DNA from: an uncultured Bacilli bacterium | GTDB lineage: Bacteria > Bacillota_I > Bacilli_A > RF39 > UBA660 | NCBI GenBank assembly: GCA_944363705.1 | Contig: CALVUY010000003.1 | Span: 1 to 43,275, forward strand | Reading direction: 5' to 3' | Length of the DNA: 43,275 nt | Translations under genes and position numbers: made by a program | The notes under the pieces: generated by a model | What the model saw: the letters and a program-made list of their open reading frames with translations, nothing else | The model's database searches: none | Told to the model about the DNA's origin: nothing | In this document: positions 18,700 to 29,236 of the stretch, piece by piece | How positions within the stretch are numbered: the first letter of the stretch is position 1 | How the letters are laid out: each line of letters starts with the position of its first letter

Positions 18700-20547
18700 T
18701 TAACTTGCTAGTTCAATTTGAAATGGATTTTGTAAGGTTCCGTCACCTGATGATATTATGATATTTGACTTTAGATTAAAGGTAGGTTTGATTGCATGAG
18801 AAGCCCAAACTCCTACATTAGCAGAAACTCCTATATCACCAGTTGCTATTGCATATGTTGAATTATATGGGTTTAATAGCCAAAAGTAACTATTATTTTC
18901 ATATTTATCAAATTGTCCTGACATTAACTCACCTAATCTTAATAAACCTACTTTTGCAATGGTATTTGTTGTTGTGTTCGTCATATCTATATCTGTATAT
19001 TTTGCAAGTTTATATGAAGAACCGCTACCTACAGTTCCTAAATACCAAATAGTATTATCTTCTACCATATTATTATAAGTATCCCCTAGGTAATTTGTTA
19101 AAAATTCTCCATTTAGAAATCTTCCTACAGTATTAGTATTTGAAAAAATATTATTACTTCCAAAAGTCGTGGTGAGAAAATCTCCGGAATTTTTCAATGG
19201 TTCGGCACTGGTTATTTTGGTTAATCCTTCAGTTTCATGACTTACTATTCGATATAAATTATTTTCATCATTTCCAAAACTTATATATTCTCCACTGTAT
19301 CTCGTATTTAATTTTGTTCCTGATAAATTAGTGTCATTGTCTCCCTCTAATCTGTATGGATTTTCTTTTGTTCCATTACCACTCGCGATTTTTACACTAG
19401 ACTTTAAAACTACAGAAGGTCGTATTCCATTATTGCCATAATAATTACCATTAGTTGGGCTACCATTTCTGTAAATATATTGTATAGATGACGAAGACGG
19501 TGTTAAAGTCCACCATGAAAGGCCATTATTTAAATAGCCATTACTTAATGATGTTCCTCTATAACTTGTTTGATATTCATACATATTAAGTAAACCTACT
19601 GCAGATGTAGTTATCGTTCCTTCATTTGAAGGTCTTGTTATATTTCCTATATTTGTGTCATTTTCTGTAGCATTCCATTTTGCATCCATTACTATAAACT
19701 TATCTGGTTCTCTTAAATTATATAAAAAGCCATCTACTGAGGTATCATTTAACCACCCTTCCATATAACTACCTTCAAAGGCACTGCTATCATTATCATA
19801 AGAAATTGCACTTATATTCCATTGTGTTACTAACTTTACCGTCTTCTCTTCATTATTAACAAGCACCGCTCTCCATAACTTTCCTGAATACCAAATATAG
19901 TTATCAGGTTCCTCTCCCGTTATAAATGTATCCGTTCCATCATCATAAAGATTCTCTTCTGGTATATTTTCAAGTAATACAGTTGATATACTCTTATCTC
20001 TTTCTTGACTTACCTCTACTCTTAACTTACCACTAAATACTTGTCCTGAATAGTTTCCATCCACCTCATCTGTTATCCATAAACTTAAACTATATTCATT
20101 TGTACTTTTACCTTCTATTGTTCCAGAGTCTAGTATTCTATTAGGATTTGAACCAATTCGTGTAAGTAGTGTCGCTCCACTGTCACTACCATTTTTATTT
20201 AGATTGTATTTTAAATACTTATCATCTATTCTAGTATCAGTTTCTTCTATAGTATTATCATCTAAATAAATTGTGTAATCTACCGATTTACTACCATTAT
20301 TTATTAGTTTGAAAGTTGAACCATCTAACGATAGTCCCTCACTATCACTTATACCTATGGCATTATCTATACTTATTCCCTCACTTGTTTCATCTAATAC
20401 TAACTCTAATTCTCCTACTTTGACTATCCCTTCTGTTCCATTTAACTCTGTAGTAAAATAAGCATAACTTATTAGTATTGTAAGTATTAATACTATAAAT
20501 ATACTTATAATTATTACTGTTGCTTTCTTATTTTTCTTTTTCTCCAT
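18700..20547 (-). CDS. Surface protein with a SipW/TasA-like N-terminal domain and two tandem DUF6273-like (lectin-fold-like) domains
   Basis: TM/signal ending SYAYFT...VGELEL. Two internal repeats: WRAV/YRIV, VGLL/VGLL, WWTLTP/FWLLNP, GIRP..LKS...SGNGT..NPY / AIKP..LKS...SGDGT..NPF. Family names come from motif recall. Confidence 0.75.
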   Translation of the reverse strand: MEKKKNKKATVIIISIFIVLILTILISYAYFTTELNGTEGIVKVGELELVLDETSEGISIDNAIGISDSEGLSLDGSTFKLINNGSKSVDYTIYLDDNTIEETDTRIDDKYLKYNLNKNGSDSGATLLTRIGSNPNRILDSGTIEGKSTNEYSLSLWITDEVDGNYSGQVFSGKLRVEVSQERDKSISTVLLENIPEENLYDDGTDTFITGEEPDNYIWYSGKLWRAVLVNNEEKTVKLVTQWNISAISYDNDSSAFEGSYMEGWLNDTSVDGFLYNLREPDKFIVMDAKWNATENDTNIGNITRPSNEGTITTSAVGLLNMYEYQTSYRGTSLSNGYLNNGLSWWTLTPSSSSIQYIYRNGSPTNGNYYGNNGIRPSVVLKSSVKIASGNGTKENPYRLEGDNDTNLSGTKLNTRYSGEYISFGNDENNLYRIVSHETEGLTKITSAEPLKNSGDFLTTTFGSNNIFSNTNTVGRFLNGEFLTNYLGDTYNNMVEDNTIWYLGTVGSGSSYKLAKYTDIDMTNTTTNTIAKVGLLRLGELMSGQFDKYENNSYFWLLNPYNSTYAIATGDIGVSANVGVWASHAIKPTFNLKSNIIISSGDGTLQNPFQIELAS

Positions 20548-20577
20548 AAATATCTTACTCCTTCCATTATTACACGT

Positions 20578-20611
20578 AAAAAAGAATAGAATAATCTCTT
20601 ACTCTATTCTT
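20578..20611 (-). terminator. Intrinsic terminator/attenuator in the 5' leader of the 615-aa gene
   Basis: AAGAATAGAGTAA-GAGA-TTATTCTATTCTT: 13-bp stem with one G:U, a GNRA loop, and a U6 run. Confidence 0.8.
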
Positions 20612-20638
20612 CTTACACTATGAAAGAAAGTAATTTTA

Positions 20639-20734
20639 TTACTTAATCTGCAAGTAAACTGCCCCCCCCCCGTTAACAAGTTGTAAACGGGCGCTAGTTT
20701 TTGTAGATGTAGATTGACGAATTATTTTATCCAT
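20639..20734 (-). CDS. Unannotated 31-aa leader peptide containing a G10 tract (MDKIIRQSTSTKTSARLQLVNGGGAVYLQIK)
   Basis: ATG at 20734 after an AAAGAAGGT RBS, downstream of a sigA-type promoter. TAA at 20639-20641. Confidence 0.7.
   Translation of the reverse strand: MDKIIRQSTSTKTSARLQLVNGGGAVYLQIK
20662..20671 (-). repeat. G10 homopolymer (C10 on the plus strand), a slippage-prone simple sequence repeat
   Basis: Directly visible, and the longest G/C run I saw in this AT-rich window. Confidence 0.95.
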
Positions 20735-20767
20735 AATCAAAACCTTCTTTCTATTTTTGTTATACTA

Positions 20768-20797
20768 ATTTTAACACAAACATTAATTAATTTACAA
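20768..20797 (-). promoter_or_regulatory. sigA-type promoter driving the leader
   Basis: TTGTAA-N18-TAAAAT with a TGn extension on the minus strand. Confidence 0.7.
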
Positions 20798-20808
20798 GTA
20801 CTATCATT

Positions 20809-22083
20809 TTATGGTCTTAATGCTGTTATAGGAACAATATATATACCAGTCTCTTTATCTTTTACAACAGATGTAAAATTTCCTGTTATTATACACATGA
20901 ATTTAGGTTTAGTTATCATGTTATCATAAAATTTTAGTAAATCTTTTTTTGCAGTTTCAATAGCATTATATCCTAGTTTTATTTCGACCGCTGCATAATC
21001 GCCATTAGAAAACTCTAAAATAGAATCAACTTCTAAACCTGTTACATTGTCTCTAAAATGATATAAGTGTCCACCTAAATATTCTATATATATTCTAAGG
21101 TCCCTTTCTACTAACGATTCAAATAGAAAACCAAATGTTTTTAAGTCTTTAAGAAGTTTATCAGCATTCATATTCAAAGAGGCACAAGCAAGTGATGGAT
21201 CTGTTAAATGTCTTTTAGGAGATTTACCAATTCTCTCTTTAGAACGATAATTCTCACTATAGGCTTCTTGATTTTCTATTATATGTAATCTATCTAGTAC
21301 ATCTAAATAGTCTTTTAAAGTTATTCTACTTTCAATTAATTCAGACTCATTTTCATAATTCTTTATATCTTTTATAAGTGTTTCATTACTAACAACAGTA
21401 GATTCATTTCTTGATAATGATTTAAGTAACATTCTCATTTTATTTTTGTCTCTTTTTTTATCATCATTCATATCTTTATCAAGAATAGATTCTATATAAC
21501 TTTTAGGTATTAATCCTACTTTGTCAGCATCTACTTTTATATTACTTGGCCAGCCACCTCTTACTATTAGATTAGCAAGTTCCTTTAGAGAAGGTATTTT
21601 AACATTAATATTTTTCTGATTATCTTCTAGCATTGCTGTTAGGGAGGCATCTCCAGTAGAATCTCCTGATTCATAAAGTGACATAGTATACATTTTTATT
21701 TTACCAATTCTACCTGCTCCCAAATGGAATACTTCTTTTTTTCTCTCATCATTTAATTCTGTTGAGCATGTTAATATATATTTACCTTTTTTAGAATCTT
21801 CATCACATTTTCTTCTTACTTTATCCCATATTTTAGGTACTAAGTGCCATTCATCTATTAATTCTGGCTGTTCTTCATTTAATATTAATTCTAAATCAAG
21901 TAATGCTCTTTCTTTTGTTTCATCATCATCAAGATAGACAGCACTTTTAGCATGCTTAGAAGATGTCCATGTTTTTCCACACCATTTAGGTCCTTCAACA
22001 GATAAGGCTCCAAAAACTTTTAAATAGTCATCTAAGTTTTTATCAATTAATCGTGGCATATATTCATCATTATTAAAGTTCAT
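20809..22083 (-). CDS. AAA+ ATPase with DUF4143 and a C-terminal PD-(D/E)XK-like domain
   Basis: Walker A GPKWCGKT, Walker B LIDE, GGWP, DPSLA, G.LFE and EVD...VEIK. Start moved to ATG 22083 (GAGGTG RBS). Confidence 0.88.
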   Translation of the reverse strand: MNFNNDEYMPRLIDKNLDDYLKVFGALSVEGPKWCGKTWTSSKHAKSAVYLDDDETKERALLDLELILNEEQPELIDEWHLVPKIWDKVRRKCDEDSKKGKYILTCSTELNDERKKEVFHLGAGRIGKIKMYTMSLYESGDSTGDASLTAMLEDNQKNINVKIPSLKELANLIVRGGWPSNIKVDADKVGLIPKSYIESILDKDMNDDKKRDKNKMRMLLKSLSRNESTVVSNETLIKDIKNYENESELIESRITLKDYLDVLDRLHIIENQEAYSENYRSKERIGKSPKRHLTDPSLACASLNMNADKLLKDLKTFGFLFESLVERDLRIYIEYLGGHLYHFRDNVTGLEVDSILEFSNGDYAAVEIKLGYNAIETAKKDLLKFYDNMITKPKFMCIITGNFTSVVKDKETGIYIVPITALRP

Positions 22084-22198
22084 AAAGAAATCACCTCTAT
22101 ATAGAGATGATAACATATTTTTATAGTTTATTCAATATTTGATATACATTTTTTAAGGAATTTGATATATAAATTTTAAGACTTTTGTTATGCAATTT

Positions 22199-23389
<1,191 letters not shown>

Positions 23390-23411
23390 TAAAAAAGAGT
23401 GACTATTGCTC

Positions 23412-24128
23412 TTATTTTTTTGCCAAACTATAGACAACTGCTACTTCTTTAGGTGTTAGTTTTCTATATTCCCCACTCTTTAATCCTTTTAAATCAAAGA
23501 TAAATTCTCTATCTCTTCTAAGCTTTAAGACAGGAAAACCAACTGCTTCAAACATCTTCTTAACTTCATGATTACGACCTTCATGTATTGTTACTGTAAG
23601 CATAGAAGTATTTGTTTTATAATCAGTTTTTCTTAACTTAACTTTAGCTTTCTCATAAGAAACACCATCTACTGTTACACCATTTTTAATAGTATTAATA
23701 GCATCTCCTTTAATAATACCTTTTACTTTAACTATATATACTTTCTCTACCAAATCACTTGGATGCATAAGTATATTTGCAAACTCTCCATCATTAGTAA
23801 GTAATAATACTCCTGTTGTATCATAATCAAGTCTACCTACGGGATAGATTCTCTCATTACATGGTATTAAGTCAACTACAGTCTTCCTTTCCTTATCATC
23901 AGTAACACTAGTAATAATACCTCTTGGTTTATTAAGTAGATAATAAACCTTTTTTTCTTTTTCTATCTCTTTACCATCTACTTTAATTATATCTTTATTA
24001 GTTACTTTAGTACCAAGTTCAGTTACTATTACACCATTTACTGTTACTCTACCTTCTTTAATTAATTCTTCAGCTTTACGTCTTGATGTAACTCCTGCAT
24101 TTGCAATTACTTTTTGTAATCTTTCCAT
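23412..24128 (-). CDS. rluB: rRNA pseudouridine synthase (RluB/RsuA family)
   Basis: S4 domain ERLQK..SRRKAE, NKPRG, VGRLD and EGRN motifs. Confidence 0.92.
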   Translation of the reverse strand: MERLQKVIANAGVTSRRKAEELIKEGRVTVNGVIVTELGTKVTNKDIIKVDGKEIEKEKKVYYLLNKPRGIITSVTDDKERKTVVDLIPCNERIYPVGRLDYDTTGVLLLTNDGEFANILMHPSDLVEKVYIVKVKGIIKGDAINTIKNGVTVDGVSYEKAKVKLRKTDYKTNTSMLTVTIHEGRNHEVKKMFEAVGFPVLKLRRDREFIFDLKGLKSGEYRKLTPKEVAVVYSLAKK

Positions 24129-24146
24129 TATTCATCACTACCTTTT

Positions 24147-25874
24147 TTAAAGTTTTTCATACTCATTTAATAATTCATTAAAATAGTTCATTGTTTCTAT
24201 ATAGATCTCTTTATTGTCTAAGTTTATTTCTAATACTTCTAAGGCATCTAACGTTTTCATACTTCCACCAATTGTTAAAAAATGTAAATACTTTTCTAAC
24301 ATATTATTATTTGAATTTATTATATCATTAGATATTTTTAATGCTACTATTGTACCAGTTGCATACTGGAAATTATAATATCTATATTGATGAAAAAATA
24401 AATGTAGTCTTGTTTGCCATAAGTATTTAACATTATCAGTACTTTCTATAGAAGGATGATATTTTTTATATAAGTTATAATAAATATTATTAATTGTATC
24501 TGCAGTCAGAGCTTTATTTTTAGATACTATATTGTATAAATTCTCTTCAAATTCTAAATACATTGTTGAAAAGAAAAGATCTTTTACTAATCCTGACAGT
24601 TTTTGTTCTATTAAATATCTTTTCAATGCTTTTGTACTAGCATTTCTTATTAGATAATTAAATAGAATATTTTCATTGACTTTAGATGCTATCTCAGATA
24701 GAAAGACAGAAAAATGAAAATCTTGATAACTTTGTTTTTCTTTTACCATAATACCATTAACGGCATGTCCTAGTTCATGTGCTAATACATAAGTACTTTT
24801 ATAATCATTATTATAATTCATTAGTATCATAGGTTTAACATAGTTACGCCAATGATAACTTCCTGTAAATTTATACTTTTTAGGAAAAGCATCTAGAATA
24901 CCACTTTCTAAGGCTTTTGATAATTTATTAGAATAGTCTCTTCCCATAATAGATAAAGCATCTTTAACAATATTAATACTTTTTTCAAATGATATTTCTT
25001 TATCATAACTATTACTTATATCTAAATCATAGGGATATAGTTTAGATAAATTTAAACTTTTTCTTCTTAATTTAAAGTATCTTTCTAATAGATTAATATT
25101 ACTATTTATTACTTTTTCTAGGTTATTTATAATATTTATGTTTAAATCACTTTCTGTTAAAACTTGGTCTAGGACAGAAGTATATTTTTTTGACTTAGAT
25201 ATATCTTGACATAATTTTAATCTAAGTTCTAAAAGTCCTGAAATACTTTTATTAACCATAGATAAACTATCTGTATAAGCATAAAATGCTAGTTTTCTAT
25301 CTTCTTTCTTTTTACTAGTTAAAATTTTACTAAAGTTTTGATACGTTACTTTAATCTTTTTATTGTTAATATCTATTTCTTTGTAGTTTAATTCAACATT
25401 TTTAATAGTTGCATATAAATCATTTATTTTAGATATCATTAAAGTAGCATTTTGAATATATTCTTCATTATTGCAATGTTTCTTTAATCTTAATACTTCA
25501 TATAGATGCATCTTGTAAGCTTTTAATTCTTTATTTTTTTCTAAATATTTATCTAATGGTTCATCTATTTCATATATCTTTTCATCGATTATATTTAATA
25601 TTTTATTTAATTTACTATTTTCCTCATAAACTATATTTTTATATTCTAAATATTTCTGATTAGACATATCAACATCGTATTTTAAAGTAGTATATGTCTG
25701 TAACTTTTCATATCTAAAACTATATTTATAATATTCTTCTAACATAGTACTTAAAGATAGAGACGTTAAATTATCATTAAATTTATCTAAATCCTTTTTT
25801 AATATTTCTAGCTCTTTACAAAAATCATTATCATTTTTAAAAAAATCATCAAAATTCCAACTATATTTTTCCAT
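24147..25874 (-). CDS. pepF: Oligoendopeptidase F (M3B)
   Basis: LAHELGH zinc motif, downstream SEIAS..NE, and YYNFQYATG. Confidence 0.88.
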   Translation of the reverse strand: MEKYSWNFDDFFKNDNDFCKELEILKKDLDKFNDNLTSLSLSTMLEEYYKYSFRYEKLQTYTTLKYDVDMSNQKYLEYKNIVYEENSKLNKILNIIDEKIYEIDEPLDKYLEKNKELKAYKMHLYEVLRLKKHCNNEEYIQNATLMISKINDLYATIKNVELNYKEIDINNKKIKVTYQNFSKILTSKKKEDRKLAFYAYTDSLSMVNKSISGLLELRLKLCQDISKSKKYTSVLDQVLTESDLNINIINNLEKVINSNINLLERYFKLRRKSLNLSKLYPYDLDISNSYDKEISFEKSINIVKDALSIMGRDYSNKLSKALESGILDAFPKKYKFTGSYHWRNYVKPMILMNYNNDYKSTYVLAHELGHAVNGIMVKEKQSYQDFHFSVFLSEIASKVNENILFNYLIRNASTKALKRYLIEQKLSGLVKDLFFSTMYLEFEENLYNIVSKNKALTADTINNIYYNLYKKYHPSIESTDNVKYLWQTRLHLFFHQYRYYNFQYATGTIVALKISNDIINSNNNMLEKYLHFLTIGGSMKTLDALEVLEINLDNKEIYIETMNYFNELLNEYEKL

Positions 25875-25909
25875 AAATACTTTCTCCTTTAAATAGAAAA
25901 AGGATTAAC

Positions 25910-26527
25910 CTATTCTACTTCAACTAATGATAGTTTATTATCTTCATGTACAAAGATAAGTGTAGCTTTAGTAGGATAATCCATATCTTCTTTATATTTT
26001 AAGGAAACTTCTACCTGATAAGCATTATCATCCGTAAAATCTGTTCCTATAGTATACTCTATATTCTCAACCTTTTCAACAGTTACTTCAGTAACTTCTG
26101 GTAATTGTTGTTCTCTATTACCATAAATATCATTTTCTACATACTTATAAACTGTATCTTCTGCCTTTTCTAAGAAGTTTGTTTTAGCATTAGTATGAAC
26201 AAAATCAATACCACCTACATCTGTATTAGCAAGTTTATCATTTAAAGTATAGAAATCCATTATAAACATTTTACTAATCTGTTCAACATAAGCTTCTTCA
26301 TCAACTTCTTTCTTACTTAAAATGTCTTTTAGTTCTTGAAATGCCTCTTTATATCTATCATTTCTTGTAGATTTAAGGGTATATCCATACTCTTCTATTT
26401 CATTTTCAACAGTTGCTGTTTTAACGGCTTTAGGTTTTACACTTTCATAAGCAAGGAATCCTAAACCTGCTACTATTAGGATAATTGCTATTATTAATAT
26501 TACTTTTACTTTTTTCTTAAGTTTCAT
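25910..26527 (-). CDS. Membrane-anchored hypothetical protein
   Basis: N-terminal TM helix, acidic extracellular domain, GAGGGGAG RBS. Confidence 0.8.
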   Translation of the reverse strand: MKLKKKVKVILIIAIILIVAGLGFLAYESVKPKAVKTATVENEIEEYGYTLKSTRNDRYKEAFQELKDILSKKEVDEEAYVEQISKMFIMDFYTLNDKLANTDVGGIDFVHTNAKTNFLEKAEDTVYKYVENDIYGNREQQLPEVTEVTVEKVENIEYTIGTDFTDDNAYQVEVSLKYKEDMDYPTKATLIFVHEDNKLSLVEVE

Positions 26528-26542
26528 AGTTTACTCCCCTCT

Positions 26543-28603
26543 CTAATTCTCTTTAGATACGGCTTCTTCTTCACTATTTGGATTAAACAAATCAAAGACA
26601 ATAGCTTTATTTGAAACATCTAATAGTTTTTCAGCATATTCATTATTTTCTGTTATATAATTTTCATCTATTATAGCATCTTTAAGAAGTTTATACTCTC
26701 CTTTTTGACTATTATAATACATTAAATTAGTTACCCAATTACCATTAGGAAAGACAACAATATTATCATCTTTAGTTTCAAATATATCATGACCTAGAGC
26801 ATATTTATTATAAAATCCTAACATGTTTCCTAAAGTAGGCATAGCATCATACATACCCATAGTATAATCAACTTGTCCTTTAACAGCACCATCTTTAGTC
26901 CAAATTAGTAATGGTACTTTTCGATCTAGTTCATAATCAAAGCTATCGTATTCTACATAGGTTGGATTTTCTTCATCTTTAATATCATCAGTTGCAGGAT
27001 CATAATTATACATTAAATTAAAATCACTTCTTGGAAGTCTAGCATCATGATCTCCATAAAGTACTACAACGGTATTTTCTAGTAATCCAGCTTCATCCAT
27101 TTCATTAAAGAACTCTCCTAAAGCTGCATCTGCATAATGAACTGATTTGAAGTAATTACCAAGTTTTGTTCCTTCTAAGTATGGAGATTCTATTTCTTCT
27201 TCTGTTCCATCTTCATTAGTTATAGTTGTTTTCATTGTAACAGCGAATTCTCCATATTTATCAGTATCAGAGAATGGTGTATGATTTGTTAGTGTTATTA
27301 ATAATCCATAATATTTATCATGTTCTTCACTTATCTTTTTAATTTTTTCTACTGACTGAGCAAAGAACTCTTTATCTGATAAACCTAGACCAATTACATT
27401 TTCATCATCTACATCATATGTCTCTTTACTATAGAACTTATCATAACCAAGTGATTCATGCATAGCACGTCTATTCCAAAAGTCTGCATTATTAGCATGC
27501 ATACTAAATGTATAATAGCCTTTTTCTTTCATTAAGGAAGGTGTTGCAATATAAGTTCTATCGAAATAACTTACAAAGGCAGTACCATTTTGAGTTGGCA
27601 TTAAACTAGTATTGAAAGTAAGTTCTGTATCACTACTTGTTCCAACACTTACTTGAGAATAGAAATTACTAAAGTATAACCCCTCTTTAATTAATCTATT
27701 TAAATTTGGTGTTACTTCTTCTCCATTAAAAGTTCTATTCAAGGCAATTCCTTGCATACTTTCAGCATGGATTACAATAACGTTACGTCCTTCAAGAACA
27801 TTGGTATATTCATTTGTATAATCTTGTTCATCAGGTCTATCTTTGTAGTACTCAGTAAATTCTTTTTTAGCATCATCATATCCAAACATAGCAGAAATTT
27901 TAGGTTGAATACTTGCAATTATATCATTACCTTGATACATGTAAATACCAAATCTCATAACTATATATTCTCTATTCCATTGTTTAACAAATCTACTTAT
28001 TTCAAGACTTGATAAAGATACTATGAATAAAAGAAGAACAATACCACCTGCTATAATGGTGTTTTTAAACTTTCTAATTCTCTTATCTTTAGTATAAATT
28101 TTGTATTTATCTTTCTTTGTAAGACGATGATAATAATATATAAAGAAAATAAGTGGGAAAATATAAACTAAATCTTTTATTTGTAAGACATTTTCAACTA
28201 CAGCATCTCCTACTTCTCCTATGTACTGAGTAAGTGATAACATAGAGACACTAGCGAATGATGTATAGAATGTATAATAAGCTGAATTTATTGTACATAT
28301 TGCAGTAAATATGATAGCCCATACTAATAGATAGACATATCTTTTCTTTCCTTTAAATAAATATGAGAAAGATCCTATAATAGTAACAACGGCAATATCT
28401 GCTATAATTGGTTTAAATGATAAATAGTTTTCCATTGTAGGCATAGTAAAAAATCTAAGTAATGTAGAGTTTAATACACAGACTAAAACATAGACAAGGA
28501 AAAGTCTATTATCTTTAAAGAAATTACTTATCATTTTTTCTTCTTTTATCTTTTTAATTTTTTTTATAATTTTATCTTTCAATTTAATTAGTTTTTTCTT
28601 CAT
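26543..28603 (-). CDS. ltaS: LTA synthase family protein (LtaS)
   Basis: N-terminal TM helices plus a sulfatase-like domain with HAES, TPNLN, G.SSD.E, FWNR, NHTPF and YGDH. Start probably ATG 28603. Confidence 0.9.
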   Translation of the reverse strand: MKKKLIKLKDKIIKKIKKIKEEKMISNFFKDNRLFLVYVLVCVLNSTLLRFFTMPTMENYLSFKPIIADIAVVTIIGSFSYLFKGKKRYVYLLVWAIIFTAICTINSAYYTFYTSFASVSMLSLTQYIGEVGDAVVENVLQIKDLVYIFPLIFFIYYYHRLTKKDKYKIYTKDKRIRKFKNTIIAGGIVLLLFIVSLSSLEISRFVKQWNREYIVMRFGIYMYQGNDIIASIQPKISAMFGYDDAKKEFTEYYKDRPDEQDYTNEYTNVLEGRNVIVIHAESMQGIALNRTFNGEEVTPNLNRLIKEGLYFSNFYSQVSVGTSSDTELTFNTSLMPTQNGTAFVSYFDRTYIATPSLMKEKGYYTFSMHANNADFWNRRAMHESLGYDKFYSKETYDVDDENVIGLGLSDKEFFAQSVEKIKKISEEHDKYYGLLITLTNHTPFSDTDKYGEFAVTMKTTITNEDGTEEEIESPYLEGTKLGNYFKSVHYADAALGEFFNEMDEAGLLENTVVVLYGDHDARLPRSDFNLMYNYDPATDDIKDEENPTYVEYDSFDYELDRKVPLLIWTKDGAVKGQVDYTMGMYDAMPTLGNMLGFYNKYALGHDIFETKDDNIVVFPNGNWVTNLMYYNSQKGEYKLLKDAIIDENYITENNEYAEKLLDVSNKAIVFDLFNPNSEEEAVSKEN

Positions 28604-28633
28604 AATTACCTCACTCCTAGACATTATATCATT

Positions 28634-29215
28634 TTACTTTGTATTTTTCAATTTTCTATACTTAATATAACAAAAATGATAGATTACTTTGTAAATTATT
28701 AGAAGTATAAAGATAATTTGGCTAAATAAAACTATTACAAACATATCATCATGCTGATAGATGTTAGCAGTATCTGTTAAAGAGATATTATTGATAATTG
28801 CTAAAGAGATAAAGTTTGTGAATAGATAAAGATGTATGATGGTAAATATATAAGTAATAATTTTATTTAGTTTAGTTAAGTTGTTTTTTAAAGAAGTATA
28901 TATTAATAAGATTAAAGAGATAACTGCTGTTAATATATAGAAGATAATATTAGGAAAATAGAAACATCTCATTAATGTTTTAATTATTTCACTTAGTACT
29001 GTTATTATATCTTCTGAGAAATAAAAGACTAATAATGAGAAAAAGAATATAATGAGGGCGGTAAATACTATTTTTACTTTTTTACTATTTCTCTTTTCAT
29101 TATATAACAAAAATATAAGAAGAATAATAAAGATTAAAAGTATTTCAATCGTTAAAAATGATTGAAATGGAAGCGTTATAAATGTCATTAATTGTTCTAG
29201 TATACTTAAGTCCAT
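28634..29215 (-). CDS. Integral membrane hypothetical protein
   Basis: About five hydrophobic helices, AAGGGG RBS. Confidence 0.75.
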   Translation of the reverse strand: MDLSILEQLMTFITLPFQSFLTIEILLIFIILLIFLLYNEKRNSKKVKIVFTALIIFFFSLLVFYFSEDIITVLSEIIKTLMRCFYFPNIIFYILTAVISLILLIYTSLKNNLTKLNKIITYIFTIIHLYLFTNFISLAIINNISLTDTANIYQHDDMFVIVLFSQIIFILLIIYKVIYHFCYIKYRKLKNTK

Positions 29216-29236
29216 AAATATTTCCCCTTTTTATTC

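Noticed and set aside
20548-20734. G10 tract as a frameshift within the N-terminus of the 615-aa protein
   Set aside because: All three frames after the tract stop before the gene, which has its own RBS and signal sequence.
20714-20929. 71-aa plus-strand ORF in the track
   Set aside because: Antisense to the ATPase end and the leader promoter, TTG start, no RBS. The minus-strand leader is better supported.
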